Part shown: piece by piece, positions 8,003-16,515 of the stretch
Layout: the number at the start of each line of letters is the position of its first letter
How positions within the stretch are numbered: position 1 is the first letter of the stretch
Virus record (IMG/VR): IMGVR_UViG_3300028902_000450
Length of the DNA: 52,754 nt
Strand: one strand, 5' to 3'
Source of the DNA: a virus
The notes under the pieces: model-generated
Seen by the model: the letters and a program-made list of their open reading frames with translations, nothing else
Databases searched by the model: none
What the model was told of the DNA's origin: nothing
Translations under genes and position numbers: made by a program

Positions 8003-8764
8003 TTATGCTTTTGGGTCCGCTTGCGGCGGCAGGGTTGGTGCGTCGGACTGATACGTTCCCCCGTTTTGCGGGGTGGAGCGCGTTTTCTCCAAGACCGCGC
8101 CAAGCAATTCGGCTTCGGTCGCTGAAAGTCCGGTCAGCGACCGCGTGTTCGCGGCGGGTTTGTCCGTTTTCGGTTGGTCAATCGTTTTCAGCGGGGCGGT
8201 CGTCTGCGCGATCACGTATTTGGCGCGGCGCTGGCGTTTGGCGATTTTGCTCAGGATTTCATCGGACACCAATTGGTCGAACAATGCTTGCGCCTTGGGC
8301 GATTCGAGAAACGCAAGGCGGCGTTCGCGGATGGCGTCGGATTCCTGCTGCGCCGCTTCGCGGTCGTCGGCGTGGTCTTGCGAAAAGAAAATCCACGCAA
8401 GCAGGCACAACGCGCTGACGGCGAGATTGACACCGGTCGCGTACGACAGGTCTTTGATAATTGCGTCGCTGGTGTTGAACGCGCCGGGCGCGAACATCCA
8501 CACCAGGTCAACGCTCAAGACGACGACGAGCGAGAGCGCGGAGATTGCCAAAAAGATTTTTTGCGCCCACGTCGCGCCGCTGACGGCGCTATGGTGAAAC
8601 GCGGCGGCGTCCATGCCTGCCGTCAACCAGACGCACACAATCAACAGACCGGCGATATACCATTGCTCCGCCGAAAACGAGTAACCGATAATCGCTGTCT
8701 GGATGCCGCCCGCCACAAGGGCGACGCCGATGGGGATAAAACTATAGACATACGATTTGTTCAT
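8003..8764 (-). CDS. Integral membrane protein (253 aa; ~5 TM helices plus a hydrophilic tail)
   Basis: Several hydrophobic segments in the N-terminal 150 aa, followed by a charged C-terminal half. Confidence 0.65.
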   Translation of the reverse strand: MNKSYVYSFIPIGVALVAGGIQTAIIGYSFSAEQWYIAGLLIVCVWLTAGMDAAAFHHSAVSGATWAQKIFLAISALSLVVVLSVDLVWMFAPGAFNTSDAIIKDLSYATGVNLAVSALCLLAWIFFSQDHADDREAAQQESDAIRERRLAFLESPKAQALFDQLVSDEILSKIAKRQRRAKYVIAQTTAPLKTIDQPKTDKPAANTRSLTGLSATEAELLGAVLEKTRSTPQNGGTYQSDAPTLPPQADPKA

Positions 8765-8889
8765 ACAAAACCTCCCGTTGTGGGCGCTTGCGTCTGTGAC
8801 CCAAGCGCAATATAATTTTTTTTACCTCCGTCGTCTCACCGGCGGAGCAGGGCAGTGCGTGCGTTTCCCGTCGCGTGCTGCCCGATTTT

Positions 8890-9069
8890 TTAATCCTCTG
8901 TGTCCCGTTTCATTTCCTTGAAATCATGTTCGACGCGGCAAATCAGACAGCGTTTTTGAAACGGGTGCAGCGGATTTACTCGACTGATGGTTCGGTGGCA
9001 GCGCGGGCAGTGGCGGGTGCGGTGGGCAACAGGGCGTTGTGATGCGACGCGCGATGGCGAATCAACCAT
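8890..9069 (-). CDS. Possible small zinc-ribbon protein (59 aa) overlapping the 3' end of 8976-9341
   Basis: HCPRCH...KRCLICR (two CxxC pairs) from an ATG at 9069. It overlaps the neighbouring ORF by 94 nt. It could instead be the out-of-frame continuation of that gene. Confidence 0.3.
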   Translation of the reverse strand: MVDSPSRVASQRPVAHRTRHCPRCHRTISRVNPLHPFQKRCLICRVEHDFKEMKRDTED

Positions 9070-9341
9070 CCGGGCGGGAGCGCTTTGCCACAGTCCGGGC
9101 ACGGCACCCGCTTCATCGCGCGCCGCCCCCGCGCGTTTGGGCGGGCTTTTTCCTTCGCACTGCCCTTTCCGTGAGACGATGGCGGTGACGATAAATTTGT
9201 CGTCACCGCGCCGGGCGGCACGTGCCCGTTGCGCAGTTGGTCGCGGACGCGCGTCTGTACGTCCGTTGGGTCATCGAGAAATTCTTCGGCTTCATCTTCG
9301 TCGAGCAGAATCATAAAGCGGCGTTTGATTTGGACTTGCAT
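8976..9341 (-). CDS. C2H2-type zinc-finger protein (121 aa)
   Basis: CPDCGKALPPGWLIRHRASHH (C-x2-C-x11-H-x3-H). The start is preceded by AAAAGGAGACCC. Confidence 0.6.
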   Translation of the reverse strand: MQVQIKRRFMILLDEDEAEEFLDDPTDVQTRVRDQLRNGHVPPGAVTTNLSSPPSSHGKGSAKEKARPNARGRRAMKRVPCPDCGKALPPGWLIRHRASHHNALLPTAPATARAATEPSVE

Positions 9342-9413
9342 GGGTCTCCTTTTTTGATTTCGGAATTCGGAATTCGGATTTTTGATTTCGGATGGGTTGA
9401 ACGCGCGTTTCCG

Positions 9414-9872
9414 CTACGCGCGTTTTTTGGTTTTTGCCTTGCGCGCGCGTTCGCGTTTGATTTCGGGTTGGTCGATGAAATGAACTTTGCGCGGCGTCGC
9501 GTTCTCTTCGCCGTCGTTGAGCACGTCGCGCGTAAAATCGGAAACGGGTTCGAGTGCGCGGTCCATCCGCGCGCGGGATGTGGCGTCGAGCGTGACCGAG
9601 TTGCTGCCGCTCGACAGCGTGACAAATTCGACGCGCGCCGCTTCCGCTTTGACAGTGTTTTGCAATTCCGTATCGCCGCCAAAGAGCGGCAATTGCGCGG
9701 ATTCGAGCGTGACGGTGATGGATTCTTTTTCCATTGCGAGATACGCGAGTTTCGAGCGCAGGGCGAGCGTTTCGTCATTGAGCGGCAAATCGAGTGAAAC
9801 GCGAATGGAATGTTTGACGAAATCGGCTTTGGCAGCGCCGACGACGACGTGGCGCAAGGTAATGCTTGGCAT
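9414..9872 (-). CDS. Hypothetical protein (152 aa)
   Basis: Co-oriented ORF, closely packed with its neighbours. Confidence 0.6.
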   Translation of the reverse strand: MPSITLRHVVVGAAKADFVKHSIRVSLDLPLNDETLALRSKLAYLAMEKESITVTLESAQLPLFGGDTELQNTVKAEAARVEFVTLSSGSNSVTLDATSRARMDRALEPVSDFTRDVLNDGEENATPRKVHFIDQPEIKRERARKAKTKKRA

Positions 9873-9875
9873 TGT

Positions 9876-10175
9876 TCAATTCTCCTTTTCAAATTCTTGC
9901 GCGATTTCCTTGCCGAGTTGGGCGAGCATCGCGCGGTCGCCGCGCGTGAGATTGCCCAACTCCCAGTGGTAGCGTAATTCGCCGATGATGTGCTGCGCGG
10001 TAAACGCCGCGTGCACAGTCAAAAGCGTCGTCGTCGGTTCGAGCGCGAGGTCCGGCAGCGTGAAACCGGCGAGCGCGTCGCTGTCGCCGAATTCCGGTTC
10101 GATGGTTTCCTCGGGGCGGACAAATTCGCGCCGCGCGGTTTGCGCGTATGCCGTTTTGCCGTTCGCGCGTTTCAT
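9876..10175 (-). CDS. Hypothetical protein (99 aa)
   Basis: Co-oriented ORF. It overlaps the upstream gene's stop by 4 nt. Confidence 0.6.
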   Translation of the reverse strand: MKRANGKTAYAQTARREFVRPEETIEPEFGDSDALAGFTLPDLALEPTTTLLTVHAAFTAQHIIGELRYHWELGNLTRGDRAMLAQLGKEIAQEFEKEN

Positions 10176-12025
10176 TTCTTGTCCTTTCTCGCTCCGCGCT
10201 CTGTTTTCGACAGTTTGCGCGTGATGGTTTTCAACGCCGCCTGCGTGTATTCGTCCGCGTGTGCTTGCGAGCAGAACACGCCCTTGTCCCCGTTGTCTAC
10301 CCAGCCATCTTCGTTCCTATCGCGCTGGGTCAATTTTTCCGACGTGTTGCCGGCGAACACACCGCAGTGCCAGCAGTTGAACGCGGTGTAGTGGATGGGC
10401 GGCACATCCCACCCGTCCGGGAGCGTTACGCCAAAGCCGGGATGCTGTGCGTCGCGGTTGTCACCGGCGCACAGTGCTTCGACAACCTTTTTCACTTTGG
10501 GATAATTGGTTTCGCGTTCGTTGTTTGAGGCGCTGAAATAACCGGCGATGGCTTCCTGCGCAATGACGCGCAGCGCGACGATAGACAATTGCCATTGCCG
10601 GCGCATGGTCTCATCCGTCGCGGTTTTGAATTCCGACCGGAAGCGCGTTTCAATGGGTTCCGCGCCCAACACCGCGCGGTGATTGCGGAAAAATTCTAAC
10701 GCGATAAATCCGACGAACGTCCCGCGATGATGTGGGGTCAATGCCGCGCCGATTTCGAGCGCGGCATGTTCCATCACCCACAAACCGTCATAATACGATT
10801 TCCACATTGCGGAACGCGCCGCGCGTTTGGCGTCCATTTCTTTTTGCTCTTGTGCGACGCGTTTCGCGCGTTCGGCGTCGCTTTCGGTGTCTGTGGACAC
10901 GGCGCGCGCTGGTTTGGCGGGCGCATTGCGTTCGGCGAAATACGCGTCAATTGCATTTTTGTCGGTTGTGACCAGGGTGAGCGCAGCGGATCCGAGCACG
11001 TGCGACAAGGAATTGTGATATTCACCGGCATACGGCGCGAGGCGCAATACCGCGCGAACGTCCTTGCGCGCGTTGAGCAGGTCCCGCGCGCGGTCGTCGT
11101 CGCCATACGCGTTGCGGAATAACGGGGTTGTGGTTTCGCCCGGCGCAACGGCGGAGATTTTCAGTTTGGCGGACACGCGCGCGGCTTCTGCTTCGGCAAA
11201 CATTTTATTTTTTTCGTCGCGGCAGAGTTTGCGCGCGCAGCGGTTCCCGCCGACATTGAACACGCAGCCGGCACACGCGCCAATGAAATTGTCCCCGTCG
11301 CCGAGGTCCAGGGTCGTCTCGACCGGCGCGTCCTCCAACCAATCGAGCGTCCAATTGCCGAGCGGCACGAGTTTGTTGGAATAGTTGCGGCGAATGGAGT
11401 TATCGAACGTTTCCTGCTTTGCCGATTTCGGCGCGGCTGCCACTTCGTCCGCGATTTTTTGTGCCGCTTTCGGATTCACCGCGGCGACGCCGACGAGTTG
11501 CCGCGCCAGCGCATCGGGCAACTCGTCGTTGGCGACGTGCTGCTGGATCGGCGCGGGCAAGCGCAACAGTTTGCGAATGTTGCTGATGCTTGCCGGGTCC
11601 TTGAGACGGAACACGCGCGCGAGGTCCGCATTCGTGGCATCGGGGCGCACCTGCTTGTAGGTTTCAATCATTTGCGCGCGCTCGATGTCGTTCAGGTCAG
11701 TGCGGTGGATGTTTTCTTCTATTACACCCTCAAGCATTTCAAAATTGGTGAGCGGTTTGAGAATTACAGTAAAGGGTGGTTCGTCTGGAAACGCGGCGCG
11801 CCACGCGGCGAGGCGGCGATGTCCCATTTGCAATTGCACCGCGCCGCTGACGTCGGGATGCGGACGCGCGGGCGGGGGTTGGTGGATGCCGTTGACGCGG
11901 ATGTCTTCGACGAGCGCATCGAATTCCTCGCCGCGAAAACGGCGCGCGGAGTGATGTTGATAGGGGTTGGCGAAAACGAGTTCGGGGTCGAACGCGCGGA
12001 GCGTTCCGTTCGGTTGGTCAGACAT
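10172..12025 (-). CDS. Large ParB/Srx-domain protein (617 aa)
   Basis: The N-terminal ParB-like domain contains VQLQMGHRRLAAWR and ENIHRTDLNDIERA, followed by an HTH-like segment (NADLARVFRLKDPASISNIRKLL). Cys-rich C-terminus. The RBS context is GGGAGACCC. Confidence 0.75.
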   Translation of the reverse strand: MSDQPNGTLRAFDPELVFANPYQHHSARRFRGEEFDALVEDIRVNGIHQPPPARPHPDVSGAVQLQMGHRRLAAWRAAFPDEPPFTVILKPLTNFEMLEGVIEENIHRTDLNDIERAQMIETYKQVRPDATNADLARVFRLKDPASISNIRKLLRLPAPIQQHVANDELPDALARQLVGVAAVNPKAAQKIADEVAAAPKSAKQETFDNSIRRNYSNKLVPLGNWTLDWLEDAPVETTLDLGDGDNFIGACAGCVFNVGGNRCARKLCRDEKNKMFAEAEAARVSAKLKISAVAPGETTTPLFRNAYGDDDRARDLLNARKDVRAVLRLAPYAGEYHNSLSHVLGSAALTLVTTDKNAIDAYFAERNAPAKPARAVSTDTESDAERAKRVAQEQKEMDAKRAARSAMWKSYYDGLWVMEHAALEIGAALTPHHRGTFVGFIALEFFRNHRAVLGAEPIETRFRSEFKTATDETMRRQWQLSIVALRVIAQEAIAGYFSASNNERETNYPKVKKVVEALCAGDNRDAQHPGFGVTLPDGWDVPPIHYTAFNCWHCGVFAGNTSEKLTQRDRNEDGWVDNGDKGVFCSQAHADEYTQAALKTITRKLSKTERGARKDKK

Positions 12026-12046
12026 GGTTAGGGTCTCCCTTGTGAT

Positions 12047-12061
12047 TTGTCTATGGACAAC
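12047..12061. repeat. Variant dyad TTGTC-TATG-GACAAC
   Basis: Intergenic, 22 nt upstream of the start of the 617-aa ParB-like gene. Confidence 0.7.
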
Positions 12062-12071
12062 GTTTAGCGTT

Positions 12072-12218
12072 TCAGTTCCACCGCGTTTTTTCGCGCGGAT
12101 AAAACAATTCCAAGCGCAGGCGCATTTGTTTCAAGAGCGCCCACGCGATAATCAATTCGGGTGTGAGCGGCACGACGGCGCGAATTCCGCTCCGATAGGG
12201 AAAGGCATAACGTTTCAT
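12072..12218 (-). CDS. Possible small protein (48 aa), ATGA-coupled to the replication gene
   Basis: Own translation: MKRYAFPYRSGIRAVVPLTPELIIAWALLKQMRLRLELFYPREKTRWN. It is below the ORF-track length cutoff. Confidence 0.35.
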   Translation of the reverse strand: MKRYAFPYRSGIRAVVPLTPELIIAWALLKQMRLRLELFYPREKTRWN

Positions 12219-13408
12219 GTCGCGCTTACCTGCGTAAATTTGATTTGCGTGGCGACGCCGAGCACGTGCAGCACCGTGCGCTCAATCATTCCGTACAAGC
12301 GATTCTCCAACCATTGTTTGGCGTAGGGATTGCGAACGCCGATAACCAATTCCGCGCGCTCGCGGTCGTAAGCCATCGCAAATGCAGTTTTGACCCACGT
12401 GTCGAACGTGGCTTTGGTCATTTGCAATTGCAGTTCCGCGAGCGCGGTGCTCCAAATCTCAACGGCGCGCGCGTCGGTGAGGGTTGGTTCCGGCGCATCG
12501 TTTGCAACCGGCTCCGCGAATTCGGGCACGCGCGCGGCGGGCGCATCCGGCGCGGAGTTGTCGGACGCCGGCGTTTGCAGTTCGCGCAAACGCGCGAGCC
12601 AGGTTTCGTTTGCCGCCAACCATTTGCGCCATGTGTCGCCATGCTCGCGGTCCTGTTTGTTCACGCGGAAAAGAAACTCCGGACATTTTTCGCCGTCCTT
12701 GATTTTGCTCACGGCATGAATCGCCGGTGAGCGAATCCCCTTGCCGAGCGGGGATTCGGCATACATGACCCACGCAATCATTTCGGCTTCAATGTCGGCG
12801 AGCGAATCGCCGCGCGCGAGCGCCGCGCGCACGGCGTGTTGGGAGGTGGCGCGTTTGCAGCCCCGCAAATAGGTTTCGATGAGGTCGTTCGCTTCGGACG
12901 GCAAAAGGTCAATGGCGGGTTTATGCGGACCGAGTTCGTCCGGTTTTGCGAAAGCGGAAAAATCGCCTTCCCGTCCGGTAGTGGTAGTAGTGGTTTGTAC
13001 TAAATCATCTGAAGAGGATATATATAAACTACCACTACTACCATTCGGGAAAGCGGAAAAATCGCTTTCGCCAAGCGCGCGCGGAACATCTGTGCGAATT
13101 TCGCCGGAATCCGCGCTCGCAAGCACCGGAAAGCCGGGCAAATGCAATTGCGCTCCGACGGACGTGAGAATCCAACCGGCGTAGCGTCCGAGCCGCGTGG
13201 CAAAGCCGTGTAAATCGCAGAGTAGGCGCATGGCGTGGGTGATTTCATCCTTGCCGTAATCGGTCATCAAGCACAACTGCGTGCGGTCGAGCGGCGTTGG
13301 GTGCGCGAGGTATAACGCGTGCAGGCACGAGAGCGGCGCGCCTTTCAGCGCGCGCAGTAAATTTATTTTGTGCGAGTCGCCGGGCAGAGTGACAGAGGTC
13401 GTAATCAT
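12215..13408 (-). CDS. Replication initiator-like protein with a C-terminal DnaA_N-like domain (397 aa)
   Basis: The C-terminus (IWSTALAELQLQMTKATFDTWVKTAFAMAYDRERAELVIGVRNPYAKQWLENRLYGMIERTVLHVLG) follows the DnaA N-terminal domain pattern. The N-terminus looks like a winged helix. ATG at 13408 after GAGAGG. Confidence 0.6.
   Translation of the reverse strand: MITTSVTLPGDSHKINLLRALKGAPLSCLHALYLAHPTPLDRTQLCLMTDYGKDEITHAMRLLCDLHGFATRLGRYAGWILTSVGAQLHLPGFPVLASADSGEIRTDVPRALGESDFSAFPNGSSGSLYISSSDDLVQTTTTTTGREGDFSAFAKPDELGPHKPAIDLLPSEANDLIETYLRGCKRATSQHAVRAALARGDSLADIEAEMIAWVMYAESPLGKGIRSPAIHAVSKIKDGEKCPEFLFRVNKQDREHGDTWRKWLAANETWLARLRELQTPASDNSAPDAPAARVPEFAEPVANDAPEPTLTDARAVEIWSTALAELQLQMTKATFDTWVKTAFAMAYDRERAELVIGVRNPYAKQWLENRLYGMIERTVLHVLGVATQIKFTQVSAT
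12948..13070. repeat. Ori-like composite palindrome inside the replication gene
   Basis: GCGAAAGCGGAAAAATCGCCTTC (12948-12970). Inverted arms TGGTAGTAGTGG (12982-12993) and CCACTACTACCA (13032-13043). AT-rich centre ggatatatataaa (13015-13027). Dyad GAAAGCG-gaaaaat-CGCTTTC (13049-13069). Confidence 0.8.
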
Positions 13409-13632
13409 TGTGCCTCTCGCTTGACGGAAGTCGGTCGCGCGTTGGCGGGGGACTGCGTCGCCGCGCGTTCGACGCGCTGCAATTTCCGCGCGTCCCAAAT
13501 GAGCCAGCCGTCCAAAAAGTCGTCGAGCATGACAATCTGCCCGCCGCTGTAGAGTTCTTTGACGGCGCGCGTCCGACCGGATGGGTCGCCCTTGCGCCGC
13601 ACAACGTCCCCGACCTTCAAACTAGTTTGCAT
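13405..13632 (-). CDS. Small protein (75 aa), SH3-like N-terminus
   Basis: MQTSLKVGDVVRRKGDPSG... is the final segment of the long ORF 13405-14172. ATGA coupling to the replication gene. Confidence 0.55.
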   Translation of the reverse strand: MQTSLKVGDVVRRKGDPSGRTRAVKELYSGGQIVMLDDFLDGWLIWDARKLQRVERAATQSPANARPTSVKREAQ

Positions 13633-14077
13633 TCGCTCTACGCTCCTTTCGGTCTCGTTTTTTGGATTTGCGATAATGCCGGTGCGCGGTCGCGGAATCA
13701 ATGTATTCTTGACGCGCCTGCTCGGCGAGTTCCGGTGTGGCGTGTGTGCCCAAGCGTTTCTTGCCGACGCGCGCCGCGTAGCGTCCGGTGCGCGCGTTAT
13801 AGTCAATGCCCTGTTCGACGTTGCGCGTGTGCCGCGTATATTCCGAAATGCCTTCCATCCCGTTGTCGTGGGGGACCGCGCGCGGCGTGCTGCTTTCGGG
13901 GCAGCGATGATGCACCGCCTCGCCGCTGCCGTGAACTTTTTTACTGCTGCCGTTGTGCGTAATGATGATGCAGCCATACAACGTATAGTACCCGTAGCCG
14001 TTGACCGGACGCTGGCAGCGCAGGCAAACGCGCGTAAAAATCGGATAGAGCGTAACGGGTTCAAGAGACGACGGCAT
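13622..14077 (-). CDS. HNH-like / AP2 DNA-binding domain protein (151 aa), homing-endonuclease-like
   Basis: CLRCQRPVNGYGYYTLYG...HHR (HNH_3-like) followed by GIDYNARTGRYAARVGKKRLGTHATPELAEQARQEY (AP2 pattern). Confidence 0.55.
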   Translation of the reverse strand: MPSSLEPVTLYPIFTRVCLRCQRPVNGYGYYTLYGCIIITHNGSSKKVHGSGEAVHHRCPESSTPRAVPHDNGMEGISEYTRHTRNVEQGIDYNARTGRYAARVGKKRLGTHATPELAEQARQEYIDSATAHRHYRKSKKRDRKERRANAN

Positions 14078-14118
14078 AGCACAATAGTTTGGAACAGAAT
14101 TTCGGAACGGATGTTGTA

Positions 14119-14147
14119 TTGAAAGCGGAAAGTAAATTCGCGATAAT
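14119..14147 (+). promoter_or_regulatory. Sigma70-type promoter TTGAAA-17-GATAAT facing integrase 2
   Basis: Read directly. The upstream GTTGTATTGA is shared with the promoters at 25730 and 28147. The spacer contains GAAAGCGGAAA. Confidence 0.5.
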
Positions 14148-14435
14148 GACGCGCGACACTCCCGACGCTCACGCGGGCGAGGGATGGTCACTGTAGACCG
14201 CGTTGGTGTTGGCAGCACCGCGCGGTCATTTTTATTTATCGGGGGGGCAACATCGCCGTCCGTGATGGTGTTTTCGCAGACACGCACATCACGGAACGCG
14301 TTTCGTGATGCAATGTCACTCCCCCGACAGTTTGGGCAAACGCTGCCGCGCGGTCCGCCTGACCGCCGCGTTGACGTTTCCCCTGACGCGACATGTTCCG
14401 GTGTTGCCGGTCATGCGTCGCGTCATTTTTTTGCG

Positions 14436-15431
14436 ATGGTAAAAAAACAGAATACCTACATCGTTCCAGGAGTTTCGGACCCTATGCGACTGCGCGACGC
14501 CATTCATTTTTTTATTAGTGCACGCGTCCACACGGTCACACACAAAACTTTGAGAAACAATGAACTCTACTTACGTTCATTGACCGACTGTCTGGACAAT
14601 CCGTTCGTTAACGAAATCTCTTTGCACGACCTGCGCCGCTGGCGCAGCACGCTCTTTGAAAAACAGGAACGCTATCTGGCGCACAACCGCCGCGCGCCCG
14701 TTCGGGGCGGCTACAGCATCTACACCATCAAGGGGATGGTGGAGGCGGTGCGTCAGTTATTCAATTGGTTGAATCGGGAAGGATATTTGGAGACAAACGT
14801 AGCGCGGAAATTGGAACTGCCGACCCTGCCGGCGGGTCCGCCGAAAGCGATTACGCCGCGCGATTTGGAGAAACTGATTGAAACCGCGCGGCACTCGGCG
14901 ACCGTAACCTTGTCGGCGCGCAATGTGGCGTTGATTTTGTTTTTGCGCGATACCGGATGCCGCCTGTGCGGCGTCGCCGGCTTGCGCCTGGAACAACTCG
15001 ACACGCCAAACTGTCGCGCGCTGGTGTGGGAAAAAGGGCGGGGCGGTAAATCAAAAGCGCGGGCGGTCTTTTTTACGAAAGAATCGCAAGCGGCGCTGAA
15101 TCAGTGGCTTGCCGCGCGTCCGGCAGCGTTGCCGCTGCCGGGTGAAACACTTGACGACCACGTGTTCGTCGCCGAGCGTTATCCGTTCAAGCCGTTGACG
15201 GAAGAGGCGATTTATTGCGTCTTCCGCGCGCTAAAAAAAAGGGCGGGGATTACGGGGCGAGTGAATCCGCACTCGCTCCGGCACGCGCGGGCGAAAACGA
15301 TGTTGGAACACGGCGCGCCGTTGGGTGTGGTGTCGCGCGTGTTGGGTCACTCGGACATTCGCGTCACCGATGCGTACTATGGCGTTTATGCCGCGAGTGA
15401 GTTGCAGGAGCAATATAACAAGTACGCGTGA
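14436..15431 (+). CDS. Tyrosine integrase (XerC/D-phage type), ~331 aa
   Basis: LFLRDTGCRLCGVAGL (Arg), NPHSLRHARAKTML, LGHSDIRVTDAYYGVY (Tyr), with a SAM-like N-domain. The start could be 14436 or 14484. Confidence 0.85.
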   Translation: MVKKQNTYIVPGVSDPMRLRDAIHFFISARVHTVTHKTLRNNELYLRSLTDCLDNPFVNEISLHDLRRWRSTLFEKQERYLAHNRRAPVRGGYSIYTIKGMVEAVRQLFNWLNREGYLETNVARKLELPTLPAGPPKAITPRDLEKLIETARHSATVTLSARNVALILFLRDTGCRLCGVAGLRLEQLDTPNCRALVWEKGRGGKSKARAVFFTKESQAALNQWLAARPAALPLPGETLDDHVFVAERYPFKPLTEEAIYCVFRALKKRAGITGRVNPHSLRHARAKTMLEHGAPLGVVSRVLGHSDIRVTDAYYGVYAASELQEQYNKYA

Positions 15432-15527
15432 TTTGTCCGGGGCGTCGCCTAACTATTCCAGATGCTCCCTTCCGAGAGGTCTGTCTCGTCTCTTGGGCAC
15501 ATGCCCGACGCGGGCGCCCCGGACAAA
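15432..15527. repeat. 13-bp perfect inverted repeat TTTGTCCGGGGCG / CGCCCCGGACAAA separated by 70 bp, immediately 3' of integrase 2
   Basis: Read directly (15432-15444 and 15515-15527). The interior holds further short hairpins. Confidence 0.8.
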
Positions 15528-15610
15528 CTGTAAATTATCGCACACGGCGCAGTGGGGCACACTTTTGTTCTATCTGCGCTGCTCGTTGAATCGAGCAGCG
15601 CAAGATACAT

Positions 15611-15871
15611 TTGATTGTGAAACAAAAATCGGTGTCTGTCGCGCGAGCGGCGCAAAAGTCTTTGACCGCCAGCGGAGAATTTACTCCCGAAGAGCGGCGG
15701 GCTATCGCGTTGGCGATTCAAGATGCCCTGATTGAATTTATGGATTTGATCCCGCCGGATGTGTGGCGGTTGCCGCACATCACAGCGATACAGTTGGAGA
15801 ACAAAACTTCGTTGGCGCCGTTCATGGGGAAACGTTCGCGGACAAAGGTAATTGAGCAGCCGAAAGAGTGA
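15611..15871 (+). CDS. Hypothetical protein (86 aa)
   Basis: ORF of plausible composition downstream of integrase 2. Confidence 0.45.
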   Translation: MIVKQKSVSVARAAQKSLTASGEFTPEERRAIALAIQDALIEFMDLIPPDVWRLPHITAIQLENKTSLAPFMGKRSRTKVIEQPKE

Positions 15872-15873
15872 TT

Positions 15874-16071
15874 TTAGATTTGATTGAGCTGCTCGGGCGT
15901 CATTTTTCGCAAGGTGGCGGCATCACGTCGCATTTGTCGTTTGATTTGTTCTCGGCGTTTTAATCCGACTTTGTAAGTTCGCATTTGGACTCTGCCGATT
16001 TCAGCGCGGACAATGGCGCGAATGCGTCGCTCCTGGGCGTTGGTCAGTGGGCTAGAAGATAACTTTCGCAT
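15874..16071 (-). CDS. Hypothetical basic protein (65 aa)
   Basis: An ATG at 16071 begins an Arg/Lys-rich helical sequence. Confidence 0.45.
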   Translation of the reverse strand: MRKLSSSPLTNAQERRIRAIVRAEIGRVQMRTYKVGLKRREQIKRQMRRDAATLRKMTPEQLNQI

Positions 16072-16183
16072 GGTTTGTAATTCCTTTCTTTGAGAAATAC
16101 ACCAAACCGCGCGTGCGCTCTACAAAATATCCTTCCCTATTCAATTCTTAATGTGCGCCTGACAGGTCGTGCAAAAGAAAATA

Positions 16184-16237
16184 GGGACAAATGGGACAGT
16201 CGGCGTCTGATACACGCTGGCTGTTCTTTTTTGTCCC
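16184..16237. terminator. Bidirectional hairpin terminator
   Basis: Outer stem GGGACAA/TTGTCCC and inner stem ACAGTCGGCG/CGCTGGCTGT. TCTTTTTT follows on the plus strand and a U-rich run follows on the minus strand. Confidence 0.55.
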
Positions 16238-16245
16238 CTGAAGGA

Positions 16246-16491
16246 TTACTTTATTTTCGACGGAACCGGGCGCTGCGTTTTACGCATGAACTCAATCACG
16301 CTTTGCGTTGAAACCTTCGCGCCGGATGCTAATGTGGTGCGACTCGATTCTTGAATCTCACCGCGCAGCATCATGTTGTAAACAGTTTGGCGCGACAGGT
16401 TTAACAATCTCGCTGCCTCTTGAACCGTCAGTTCTTTCTTCTGCAATAAATTCATCTTTGCTTCATCCTTCATGGGGGGTGTTTTGACCAT
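16246..16491 (-). CDS. Excisionase/MerR-type HTH protein (81 aa); candidate switch regulator
   Basis: LTVQEAARLLNLSRQTVYNMMLRGEI matches the excisionase-family HTH. GGGAGG lies 6 nt before the ATG. Expressed from the leftward consensus promoter. Confidence 0.7.
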   Translation of the reverse strand: MVKTPPMKDEAKMNLLQKKELTVQEAARLLNLSRQTVYNMMLRGEIQESSRTTLASGAKVSTQSVIEFMRKTQRPVPSKIK

Positions 16492-16515
16492 AATACACCT
16501 CCCAATTCAAAAAGG

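Noticed and set aside
8849-8890. Plus-strand hairpin plus T-run resembling a terminator
   Set aside because: The stem is short and imperfect (GGGCAG/CTGCCC with a large interior), and no plus-strand gene lies upstream. The evidence is insufficient.
12879-13184. Plus-strand ORF (101 aa) with VVVVV and repeated AKAEKS peptides
   Set aside because: It is a mirror translation of the palindromic ori-like insert inside the minus-strand initiator gene.
13633-14172. Upstream 180 codons of the 255-aa minus ORF 13405-14172
   Set aside because: They overlap the HNH/AP2 gene in another frame and are Arg/Ala/Thr-rich junk. Only the final 75 codons (from the ATG at 13632) look coding.
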